This document shows positions 11,901 to 23,000 of a stretch of DNA of 64,000 nt, piece by piece; within the stretch, counting starts at the first letter, position 1, and every line of letters starts with the position of its first letter. The notes beneath the pieces are model-generated. The model made no database searches and was not told the origin of the DNA. It saw only the letters and a program-made list of their open reading frames with translations. The stretch is taken from positions 183,074 through 247,073 of the forward strand of contig NMRA01000442.1 of assembly GCA_002633005.1 (NCBI GenBank). The letters are read 5' to 3'. Source of the DNA: Phoronis australis. Its lineage: Eukaryota; Animalia; Phoronida. The translations under genes and the position numbers were made by a program.

Positions 11901-13264
11901 CCAAGAGGACTCTGCCGAAGCAGCTACGAAATCAAGTCAACATCAGCTACGGAACAGGGAGTCTTTGAAGGCAAATTACTTTGTTAAGATCACTTTTTAG
12001 TCAATGATGTCCATTGTTTGTTTCCATTATTTCAACAGATTATGATTTTCCAACTAATCAGTGGTTAGTTCAAACTCATCATAGTTGCTGTAACACCGTT
12101 ATGTTTTGTTACAAAACTTGTTTAAAATGCTAGAGACCCCGTCGTGATGCTATACTGAAACATTTAAAGTTATTGACTTACCACAGTCATACGCCTACTA
12201 CTTCGTGGTATTGTATCGTGTGGTTTCTAATCGCACAAAATAATACAATTGTGCGAAAGAAATGAATTTACCTTTTCATTTTGTTGTTGATTCATACTTG
12301 GATTACATCAAATTATATCTCGTCTTATTCCTTTGTAGAAATATGTTCACATGTTTGAAGAGGGACGAGAGATTGTGAGAAGAAAGGCATCTTCGCAAAA
12401 CCCAAATTACAAGAGCCTGATGATAGGAAAGTTGGTTACACCCTCAAAGTTGGAACGAAGGATAAAGAAAATGTCTTCTCCGTCGAAGTTCAAACCCAGT
12501 AAATATTGCTATCTACGTTAAGTAATTGTCATCTTGTTGTGATCCTGTGAAACGTGAATATCCGTTTCATTGAAATGTCTGATCTGCTTGAATTGACATT
12601 GGGCCTGATTGGCCACGATTTTCTAAGTTTTGGGGTGATCTGTGATGTCAAGATTGTCATTTATACTATGAACACAATGGACTTGTCCATACATTATTTC
12701 TGCTAAAACACTCATTCCTTATATGCAGGGGTTTGTTATTAGTATTTTTGTTAACTCTATTTTGTTTTCTTAGATATTCCTACCCAAGAGGACTTAGAAC
12801 TGGTGGAAGTTGTTGAAGCGCTCGAGGCTTCACAAAAGATAGAAACGGGTAATTAATCTCTTTTGGACGTAGTTACAATGTTTGCCAAAAGACTAACTAT
12901 AGGCATTGTGATTACTGTTTCTGTATTTTAAAATTTCTGACTAATGTTCGATAATTCCTCGTCATGACAGGCACCTACTGTGCAAATTAATTCTGCTTGT
13001 AACAGTCCATCGTGACTTGGAATTATGCAAGCGCCAATTATGATCCATATTGATGATGACAGACTACCTCATTAACAAAAACGTGTATTTGAGATGATCA
13101 TTATAACTTATCTTTCTGCCTGTTACCAGTATCTTCACCAAGTCCATTGGTCACTTCCCGGCCATCATCTCTTACCAGACCCTTGACTCACGCATCTTCT
13201 ATGATGTTGGGTGAGTCTTTGAACCGATCAGGTCCTTCAATACATACAAGCCCTTTGACACTAC

Positions 13265-13455
13265 CAGGTCCATCAACATGGCCAGATCCATCAACATGGC
13301 CAGGCCCATCAGCACAACCAGGCCCATCGACGCGACCGGATCCTTTGACAAGACAAGGTCCATCGTCACGACCAGGCCCATCGACACAACTAGGCCCATC
13401 GACACAACTAGGCCCATCGACGCGACCGGATCCTTTGACAAGACAAGGTCCGTCT
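13265..13455 (+). repeat. 18-bp coding minisatellite (GPSTxP hexapeptide units) inside a DUF6729-gene exon
   Basis: ggcccatcgacacaacta-type units. Translation PGPSTWPDPSTWPGPSAQPGPSTRP. Confidence 0.85.
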
Positions 13456-14476
13456 CTACCTCAGCCATCATCAGGACTAACTCTTGCTCCAGAACCTACA
13501 TCAAGACCAGCAATTCCACTGGACACTAGTCAAGGTACAATCCATTATTATGAAAAAACAATTTTGACATCATTTTCTTGTACTATCATTCTACAATAAT
13601 TGACGTCAACAACCCTTACTTTTTTAATTTCAGACTTTTTTAATTTCAGTCTCAAGGTAATGTATGTTTATGTTTATTGACTAATTGCCCATTTTGCAGA
13701 GATACTGTTGCTGGAAGGCTGGCGGAATACTCTCCCAGATGTTGACCACAAGTGGATTGCCAAAGCTTTCTTTGGACTCGGCCCCAGCAATCGAGTAGAG
13801 TTCAAGACAGAGCGCATCACACAGCTCTGGCACAACCCTCCCCAGCCCACTCTCACTCCGGGAAGTCAAGTGGATAGGTTTTTCACTCACCGCCTCTTCT
13901 TGTGGATGCCTGTGAATCTCTGGGGTGTTTTGTTGCGCTGCCCTCATACAGAGGAAGGGAGCAATGTGATCTGTGGTGGCACTATGACTCGAGCGGGTAT
14001 TCACCAAAAGACTCGGATGGTGGTGGACATAGACTCATATTACATCATCGCAGCTGAGTACCTGCGCTGCAATAAATGTGGCAGGAAAGTAAGTGTTGCA
14101 GAGATTCATGACACAATGGAATGTTAAAGTTTTGATGGATTTTTATTAATGTATTCCCCATGAGCTTTCCCTTTCAGAGGTTACACTACTGTTCATTGAA
14201 CCTGTTTGCATAAATATGGTTTTGTAATGATTCAGAGGTACATTTTATGTCTAAAATCTATTTTACACCAACCTTGAGCTCTTTAGATTGGTTGGGTAAA
14301 ATAGACCAATTGATTTTAGAAATGTCACTCCAACATCACCATGTATTTTTAGAAGCATTTTCCTTTCTTTTTTGAAGTTTCACCATGAACATTTCAGATG
14401 ATCTCTTGGGCCCATGACCTGTTGCGCCAACTGGACTATGATCGCCAGCTGCTGTTCCCGTGTGTCCTAACAGCTA

Positions 14477-15463
14477 AATGATGTCCATTGTTTGTTTGCA
14501 CTATTTCAACAAATTATGATTTTCCAGCTCATCAATGGTTAGTTCAAACTCATCATAGTTGCTGTAACACCGTTATGTTTTGTTACAAAACTTGTTTAAA
14601 ATGCTAGAGACCCTGTCGTGATGCTATACTGAAACATTTATAATGAAAAGTTATCGACTTACCACAGTCATATGCCTACTACTTTGTGGTATTGTATCGT
14701 GTGGTTTCTAATCGCACAAAATAATACAATTGTGCGAATGAAATGAATTTACCTTTTCATTTTGTCGTTGATTCATACTTGGATTACATCAAATTATATC
14801 TCATCTTATTCCTGTGTAGGAATATGTTCACATGTTTGAAGAGGGACGAGAGATTGTGAGAAGAAAGGCATCTTCGCAAAACCCAAACTACAAGAGCCTG
14901 ATGATATGAAATTTGGTTACACCCTCAAAGTTGTAACGAAGGATAAAGAAAATGTCTTCTCCGTCGAAGTTCAAACCCAGTAAATATTGCTATCTACGTT
15001 AAGTAACTGTCATGTCATCTTTCATAAATAACTTGTGATCCTGTGAAACGTGAATATCCGTTTCATTGAAATGTCTGATCTGCTTGAATTGACATTGGGC
15101 CTGATTAGCCACGAGTTTCTAAGTTTTGGGGTCATCTTTGATGTCAAGATTGTCATTTATACTATGAACACAATAGACTTGTCCATACATTATTTCTGCT
15201 AAAAGACTCATTCATTATATGCAGGGGTTTGTTATTAGTATTTTTGTTAACTCTATTTTGTTTTCTTAGATATTCCTACCCAAGAGGATTTAGAACTGGT
15301 GGAAGTTGTTGAAGCGATCGAGGCTTCACAAAAGAAACGAGTAATTAATCTCTTTTGGACGTAGTTACAATGTTTGCCAAAAGATTAACTATAGGCATAG
15401 TGATTACTGTTTCTGTATTTTAAAATTTCTGACTAATTTTCGATAATTCCTCGTCATGACAGG
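14477..15463 (+). repeat. Near-identical ~1-kb duplication of 12003-12971
   Basis: aatgatgtccattgtttg...cctcgtcatgacagg is present at both sites. Confidence 0.95.
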
Positions 15464-17182
15464 GCAATACTCTGACCAAATGAGACTCGTGCAAACTGGC
15501 CTGATTGCAATCGCTATGACGAGGCAACACTGAAAGTTCTACTCAAGAAGTATCCAAGTGACCGGGGTAGACAGGGGCTTACAACCAGGTGGCGCCTCAT
15601 CAAGGAGTGGTATGGTAACATACAAAGGCTGGTGATCAACACCCATCAGATCATGCCGCAAACAAACATTCAGCTTCCAAGTTTGAACACAAATACCATT
15701 TACATTGGTAAGTAGAGCACCTATGGGAATTTTACAGTGTGTGCTAAATCTAGATTCTAATGTAGATGATTAAATGCATTGCAACAGAGAAAGAATTGAT
15801 TAAATTACAGTAAGCATGGGATGACGGTTCAAAAGATGCTAAAAGGCTTTTTGTTTTTTACAGGTTTAACAAGAAAGGCAAGGAGGCTGGTTTGAAAGTT
15901 CTACAGGGCATACCACCAGTCCCGGCTTGTGGCCTCTCTACACCAAACCCACCACCCACATCCCTTGAAAGCGGAACTAAAGAGCAGTTACGTTTTAATT
16001 ACAACATGGACACTGCTGGTTTGGCCAAGATCAAGACGACCAAGCGCCGCCCAAGAGTCATCATTCCTGCCTCGCAATGAGCCTGCTGCTATCCTGTGGC
16101 TATTCACGAGCCATGTGCACTACACCAGAATTTTTCATCTGTCACAACACCTCCAACAAGAAGATACATGAAGATGTCCTAAATTATCACATGCCACATT
16201 GCAGAGAGAGCTGATTTTTGGCAAGTTATGGCCAATACTTGTTTATTGGTACTGCCGCAAGTTCCATACTGGTTCTTTAGAAAAATGAAGAGTCACTTTG
16301 AAGGCACGAGGTGTTTCGGGAAGAGAGTTGAGGTCTATGTTGTATGCACTCCACTGACTCCAGTCAGTGAAATGGTTTAGTCCACATTAATTGAGGATGC
16401 TGAACTCTCCTGTGTTAGCCCAACACACAGGCGTTTATAAGTACAAACATGTAACATTACGCCAGAAAATGTAGGCAAGTTTGTGACAAACTTATGCTGT
16501 TCCTAAATATAGAGAATATCATGCGCACATGGCCTGCTAATATCAGTCTGATGGCTCCCACCCTCCACAAATATTCTGACCTGCTGAAATTCTTCCTCTC
16601 TGGTATTGGCATAGTTGCCCTTTCTCTACAAAGAAATAAAGTGACTACCCACCCCACAAGTCGGCCAATTAATCTATTTTTGGTATTCACCCGACGAAGC
16701 TTTCAGCGACATTACTGGTCAGTAGACATACCTAAAAGCCTTGTCGAACGAATATGCGTAATTTTGCAATTCAACAGACAAGTCAGCAACCACTTTTGGT
16801 CACAAGGAATTATAATGTATTGTCATTTCCAGGTCAATGTCCAAACTACTTCTCAAGCACTGGTCATTTTCTTAGAGGATACGACAGTATCATTTTTCAA
16901 GAATTTATAATGATTAGTAGTACTCGAAAACGACATGTTTACTAATGGTACACATGGCAGAGGTGCTGAGGTTAGCATGTGCTGTCACTGGTCTTCATGC
17001 TTTGTGGCACTGTTCATCACTGTAGGCATGTATCGGTGTATCGTGTGAACAAACAAACAAACAAGCAAGCAAGCAAACTTGCAGAGTAACAGATTTGGCG
17101 GAAAACAAATCGCCAAATGATAAATCTGGGTGCATTGCTTCAAAGCCTGTTGTGGTATATCAATGGGTGTTGCGGCCGACAG

Positions 17183-17438
17183 ATGGCGCCGGCTGGGGAG
17201 AAACCCAGTGCTGACGACCACCCGACCATATCGGCCCAGTGGAATGGCAGACCGATCGAGATGAAACAATTCGTTCGGCGTATGTATCCCGTCTTGGACC
17301 CAGACACTGCAGAGAGCCATGAAGGGGCCTCCCTGTGAATTCAGACAATCAGTATACACTGTAGCAGTACTACCGATCTTCACAGTAGAGGTCTTACAGT
17401 ACGCTAACATTAACATCGACTATTATTTCGATATCTAA
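17183..17438 (+). other. Unknown small ORF-X (two overlapping frames)
   Basis: MAPAGEKPS...PIEMKQFVRRMYPVLDP in frame 0 (stop at 17338), and CEFRQSVYTVAVLPIFTVEVLQY in the +1 frame. Both blocks are conserved with 4955-5115. Confidence 0.4.
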
Positions 17439-17466
17439 AGGAACTTATGAAACTATTGCAGGAAAA

Positions 17467-17862
17467 ATGGCCGAACCGATGTACAAAACGTTACCAGCTG
17501 TCCGGTTAGATGCAACAGTGGAAGGGCAATGGATTGTCTTCCGCGTCGACCCTACGACGAACGCCACTGTGTTGTCGCTAGCAGATTTTGCAGGCGTGCA
17601 ATACGTGGGTAACTGGATTCTAAAGGGACTGTTGTGTGACAGACAGTCGTGGGGTTGCTCAAGAGAAAGCGATGCCCAATATGCCCAGGTCCGTTATGAC
17701 CGAAGGGAATGTGTGGCAGACGTAGTTGATATCTTCTCGCTTGAAATAGAAATACAAGGGAGACGAACCAGGCATATGCCTGTAGTGGTGACGGACGTAC
17801 TGGAGAGTCTGTTGGCATCAGACTTTTTCCAAACGCCGCAGACTCATCCGCTGCAGTTATGA
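17467..17862 (+). CDS. Intact 131-aa stand-alone retropepsin (retroviral-type aspartic protease)-like protein with an altered active-site motif (DPT)
   Basis: Pattern V-x-G-x-x-x-x-F-x-V-D-x-x-x-x-x-T-V-L-S and C-terminal V-V-x-D-x-x-x-x-L-L-[A]-x-D-F fit the retropepsin profile. Two diverged paralogues lie nearby. Confidence 0.65.
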   Translation: MAEPMYKTLPAVRLDATVEGQWIVFRVDPTTNATVLSLADFAGVQYVGNWILKGLLCDRQSWGCSRESDAQYAQVRYDRRECVADVVDIFSLEIEIQGRRTRHMPVVVTDVLESLLASDFFQTPQTHPLQL

Positions 17863-18298
17863 ATAGTTAAATAATATGGAGGTGTCAGTAGTAATACACT
17901 ATATTCTTAGTTAGTTTGATTTGGGGTGGAGTGTCGCATAATTACACTTTGGGTTGATTTAATTGAGTTGAGGTATGGCATAAATATTTAGTTGACGCGA
18001 GGTATGGCTTAGTAGCGTAATGTTGGAATGGTACGGGGTAAGATTTAATAATGTATATGTGTGTGATTTCATTATATTCGTTTTAATCGGACTGGTTTAG
18101 AGTGGTTGTGAGATTTGGTTTGTTAACTTGATTTAATGATCATTTGGAGACTGACGACTCCCTTTATTTTATTACTCACTTCGCTTATATCTCGTACAAT
18201 TGTATAATGATCAACTGTAGAAATTTTATACTGTCAGAGAATTGCACAGTTGCCCAAATATTTCTTTGGTAAATTTTTGGCTTAACAAAAGGGGGGAG

Positions 18299-19117
18299 CG
18301 TAATATAATGAGGCTATGCCCTCCACGTGCATGCAAACCTGTTTTGGATGCCAACCAGTTTTGGTGTTTGGCAGAACTTATCACATCACGGGTGTTATGC
18401 AATAAATTACAGGGGATATGCTACCTCTGTGGTAGTTAAATCCAGGAATAGTGCTCTGATGTTGAAAACCCAGGAATAGTGGCATTTATGCAAGAATTTT
18501 CTAGGGGATCTGGTCAGTTAGCTCGTTATATTTAGCTCGTTACAGGGACATGGACATAATGTACATACAGAGTGGGTCCATCGCGTGTTGCCACTAAGTT
18601 TAGTATTTAAAGCACTGGCTCTCGAGACCAGGGCAGACTGGATCCACCATAGACCACGACCTCAGACTACGGGGCACGACTCCACAGAGCTGGACGAAAA
18701 CTTCAGACTACAGAGACAAAGCCGGGGCCAGACGAGCAACTTCGTGTGACCAAAAAGTCAAGGAGAAAGGACAACTGAGGTAAAGACACTTATCACGGGC
18801 GTTGGTCTCAGCAAGTTAGTCAATTTTAACCCGCTAGTGATTGTTCTGGAGGGTTAGTTCTGTTGGGACTTGTTTTGTGTTAACGTGTGCGGTAGCTACA
18901 GGGAACCAGTGGCACTGTTTATTAGTAGTTTTTCCAGAAGGGATATCTTGTCTCAATCAGTTAGTCGTCAGTGTCACAACTTATTGTAATCTATTGTTTG
19001 TAAATCACAACGTTGCAAATTAATAGACGTATTCTATTGTTAAAGTATTTGTGTGTTGTTTTATTTATTACCACGTGCGCGCCATCTGTCGGCCGCAACA
19101 CGCATTGACATACCACA
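18299..19117 (+). mobile_element. LTR (819 bp) with PPT at 18287-18298; U3 end reads CG instead of TG
   Basis: aaaaggggggag|cgtaatataatgaggc...ttgacataccaca, colinear with 7872-8654. TATA-like tatttaaag at ~18604, donor AG|GTAAAG at 18779/18780. Confidence 0.9.
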
Positions 19118-20010
19118 CTGTCCCCTTATTTGTCAATAGTATAACTGAAAAGCTTACAAGTACCATTCAATAGCACAGGACGGGAAGTCGGCAAAATATT
19201 AAAAAAGAAAGAAGACAGTCAGCTAATGGTAAGACAATTCCCAGTGACAGTTAAAACAATCACATTAAAGAGTACTCTGCAGGCAAGTGCTTTGTCATCT
19301 ATACCAAATCAAGATTAAGTCTGAAATCCTACCTCGAATTCAGACTTTAAAACAACTCAGGCTCAAGCTCATAAAAAGGAAATCTCGAAGTCATACACAG
19401 GGCTCTTTTAACCTATAGTCGAGAAGTTTTGATTAAAAAAGCCTTTGGCCTTGACACCATTTTCCAGGATCGTAGTGAATAATTTGGAGCCTTGAATATA
19501 AAATGATCCATGCTGATGTAAAGTACATAAAAAGTAACCAGCAAACTAAACAGTTCTACAAAAATGAGACTGCGGGTTCTTGGTTTATACGTGAATTTCC
19601 CACACACTGAAAATTTTGCCTTAATCATAAGAAATGAACACACCATAGCAATGTGAAAACTTTTCGACTTAACAATGAACAGCGTTTGCTGAGCCAAGAC
19701 TAACAACAACCAGGATGTTAACAAGTCACCCACGGGAAATGGGAGAGGGTGAAAGACTCAAAAACATCACAGCACCGTCATTTGGGATCGATGACTGATA
19801 AGTGAACAACATCATACTCACAAACATCGTGTTAAGTATTTACGTAAGGCTCTTATCACATTCAGCAAAGCATGTTCCATCACTCATCAATGCAGCCCCT
19901 GATTTCACTCTTATATACAGTATACATATATAAGAGGCCATGTGCGAGACTACCGTGGGTGGGACTGTGACTTTTTTAACTTGCCATTGTCTTCACACCA
20001 CAGCACCAAG

Positions 20011-23000
20011 TCATCCAGTGGCATCTCTGTTGCAGAATCTCTTGCTAAACTGATCAAGAGAGAGAATCTCTCCCCATCCCACACCTGGATCCATACTGAT
20101 GAAGTCGTCTATGTTATGAGTTGAAGCTGGAAATGGAGCACAGTGCTACAACGCTGCAATGTACCAACGCCTTCTGCCAAAAGGCTTACATTTGATACAG
20201 ACTAAATGCAGTAACTGTTATGAAACTGTCACAACTGCTTCCTTGCTCACATCAGGAGTCTATTACTTTAACATTCGATTGGCTTTGTTTAGACTTTCGG
20301 CTAAAATTAAGTCTACAGGGCCCATTTGCATAAAAGTTATACACCGAATAGCAGCAACGATGTCACATTATCATGCGTCACATTGTTATTGTTGAATAAT
20401 GCACCTGACGTCATGCAACAATCGAACATATCCACCGGATAACTTTTGGAGCTTTATGCCACTCAGCCCTGATGGATGATTTTCTTTGACAAAAAATAGG
20501 TTCAGGCCAAAAATTAGAAGCACTGTCTTCAAATTGAACACATACGACAGAAATTCAGTCTGCTCAAATAGACAAAAGACTAAACACATTGAGAACATCC
20601 AAAGACAGAAGCCAATAGGTGCCAGAAGTGATTGAGCTTAAGCAGTGCTTGACTTGTCAACCTGCAGCTTGCCAATGGGATTTCATATTGTGTTGGGACA
20701 CCTGGGAAAAATCCGAAGTTGCTACTAAGTTGCCACAGCGTGTACCAAAGTCAGACAAACGTCCGAAATTCGCTTCAAGATTTGTGGTGACAGAGGGCGA
20801 GCAAACCATAATACAACTCCGAAACATATCTGAATAAATTACTACACTATATGCATAACACACTGCTTCACAAATGTTCCCTTGTTGCATGAGAGATTTT
20901 ATGAGGCCACTGTTGTCCGGTGCTGTTGATTCCCAACAAGTCAATCATAAAATAGGTGACAAACAAAAAAAAAAACAACGTAATACGCAAAACCCGACAT
21001 TTAGGCAGTTCTTCCAGGTACAATGTAGGCACCAATTTGATGAATCATTGAAATGATAAATGAATTACAGTTAGACATATGTCCCTTGCACTGCGAGACG
21101 GGAAGGTTTCACAAATGTCATAACTGGTGGGGTTTCCTATGAAGATTCAAACACACTTTAATGTATAACCAGAAAGCCAAATATTTTGCAACAAATTCCA
21201 AAAATCAAGTCCGTCATGATCAGTGAGAGAATTTTGCCAGTTTATTACTCTCTTCAAGCATATTCACCATTGGTATCAAAAAAACTTAGCGATAGCAAGG
21301 TCATAATTATTACTTGCAGTTTTGATAGGTGGATAGTCAGGTGGTGGACTCAGCCAGCTGCCGTCTGCTTTCGCCATGTGACGTCTGTCGGATGCAAACT
21401 TTTCCAGGTACAAATTCCCAGGGATGAGCCGGAAATATCTGCAAAGATAAAACTGCAGGCTTACACAACAGCAATGACGGACAATCTATTAATTTTGACA
21501 AACAGTACAATAAACTTTAAGCTTTCAAAGCCGCTTGGAGGGCAATTGTGTAAGGGCAAGTGGTTTAGTTTTGATTTTGGTTTTTCAAATACTTCAACAG
21601 AAAGAAATGGAATTTTATTCCTCCCAGAATTCCCCCGAGTACTACCATGAGATACGGACATGCGCAAAGCGAACCATTCCACGGACTTATCTTCTGGAGG
21701 AAGACGTGTTTTTCCTTTGGAAGGTTNATCCTTCACTTAAGGTAAGTTCGTCTAACTGTATAATTTTAAGTGTCTTACTGTTGAAAACTCTTCTTCAGAG
21801 CCAGGTCTGAGCGGAAAGCCTGTTGGACGTAACTGTCGAAGGTCTCCGGAAAAGACAACACCGTGTCCAAATCATAAATTTTGCAGTCAGCTGAACCAGC
21901 ACAATATATAAAGATGACATGGTAATCCTGCAAAAAGAAATGCAACTTTGTGAACAATATGCCTTACTTGTTCAATTGATAACGACACTGTCAATTCTTT
22001 TGAATTGTTATCCACTGGTAACTGGCACACTTCCCACTTGTGAAATGTATAGACCTTCTTCTGAATGTTTTTCCCAAATACATTTATTAGCTCACAACAA
22101 AAATAACAATGCGTGCAAGTCATGAAGTTGAGCTCACACACACCCACATACACACCACTCATACCGGGGATCAATCAATGGTTATTAGAAAAACGAAGGA
22201 GCCACAGGGGTCCATCTATCAGACAGTGAGAATTGGGGATCCATCTATCATTTAATTTATTTTGTTTGCAAACTTTTGAATATATAAGCTTTTCCAATAC
22301 AAAACATTCATAAATATTCATACTTTCCTTTTTTAAGCAAAGGTAAACAAGGAGTCGTTTTTGCTTAAACACATGTCGTGGATGTGTAATTTAGCCAGGC
22401 AAATTCAAGAGATAGACAACATTCATCCTTTCCAAAACTATGTTCATAGAAATTAAATTTAACACTATTCCCATTTCATATTAAATCCAATTTTGAAAGG
22501 AATCCCAAAAGACTGTTGAAACGTTGCAAGATATTATACAGTCTTTATGGGATTCCTTTCAAAAACTCCAATTTTTTTAAATTCCTGAAAGGCAACAGTA
22601 TCGTGACTGCAATTTAACTACACTAAGCTTAAGAATGGATATCCAAATCCAGGGTCCTTGATCCTTCGAAGCTGGGGCAGACGTTCGGCCCCATTCGACT
22701 CTAAAAAATATTCATCTTATCAGGTCAAAAAAATTCCCTCTGAACTATCAACAACGACGCTCATGGCGTTAACCTTGGACAACCTCAAAAAATATTGTAT
22801 TTTTCAAGACCACTGACTTCAGTTTAGTCCCCAGGCTGCAAGACAAGTGTCACCTAAAGTAGTGATAATTCACTCTCACGTATTGAAAACAAAACTTAAA
22901 ACTTCCATGCGTCTGCAGCTGAAATTGGCATACAAGTTCTTCAATTATGAACAAGAGCAACGCGGAGCATTGAAATGCGCCCATGAATGCATTGCATATG

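Larger units (their letters stand above)
8996..16080 (+). pseudogene. Scrambled multi-exon DUF6729-like, putative DDE-transposase pseudogene
   Basis: Exons with GT-AG borders encode LGVPLFD..IW..Q..CLQD..GVQLYTQTG..YRCARGSTSLESFHLH (8996-9232), NFQVYLLDGVHRWNQDR (twice), ELTGLEYLYSQS, GKYRGKSFRWLLEN (11801-11970), WHNPPQP..RLFLWMP..RCPH..EYLRCNKC (13701-14088) and WPDCNR..TRW..TNIQL (15463-15708). In-frame stops are present. Family assignment is from motif recall. Confidence 0.7.
17151..19117 (+). mobile_element. 1967-bp non-autonomous element with U5-derived 39-bp TIRs, one internal LTR and a 4-bp TSD (CTGT)
   Basis: 17151-17189 is the reverse complement of 19079-19117 (37/39). ctgt at 17147-17150 and 19118-19121. 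Termini TGTGG...CCACA. Confidence 0.85.

Noticed and set aside
16240-16870. Possible two-exon minus-strand gene relic
   Set aside because: Splice-like sites exist, but frames are inconsistent, contain stops and show no recognisable motif.
17151-17189. DIRS-type internal complementary region
   Set aside because: The inverted copy is terminal and bounded by a 4-bp TSD. PPT and TG..CA LTRs indicate integrase chemistry, and no tyrosine recombinase was seen.
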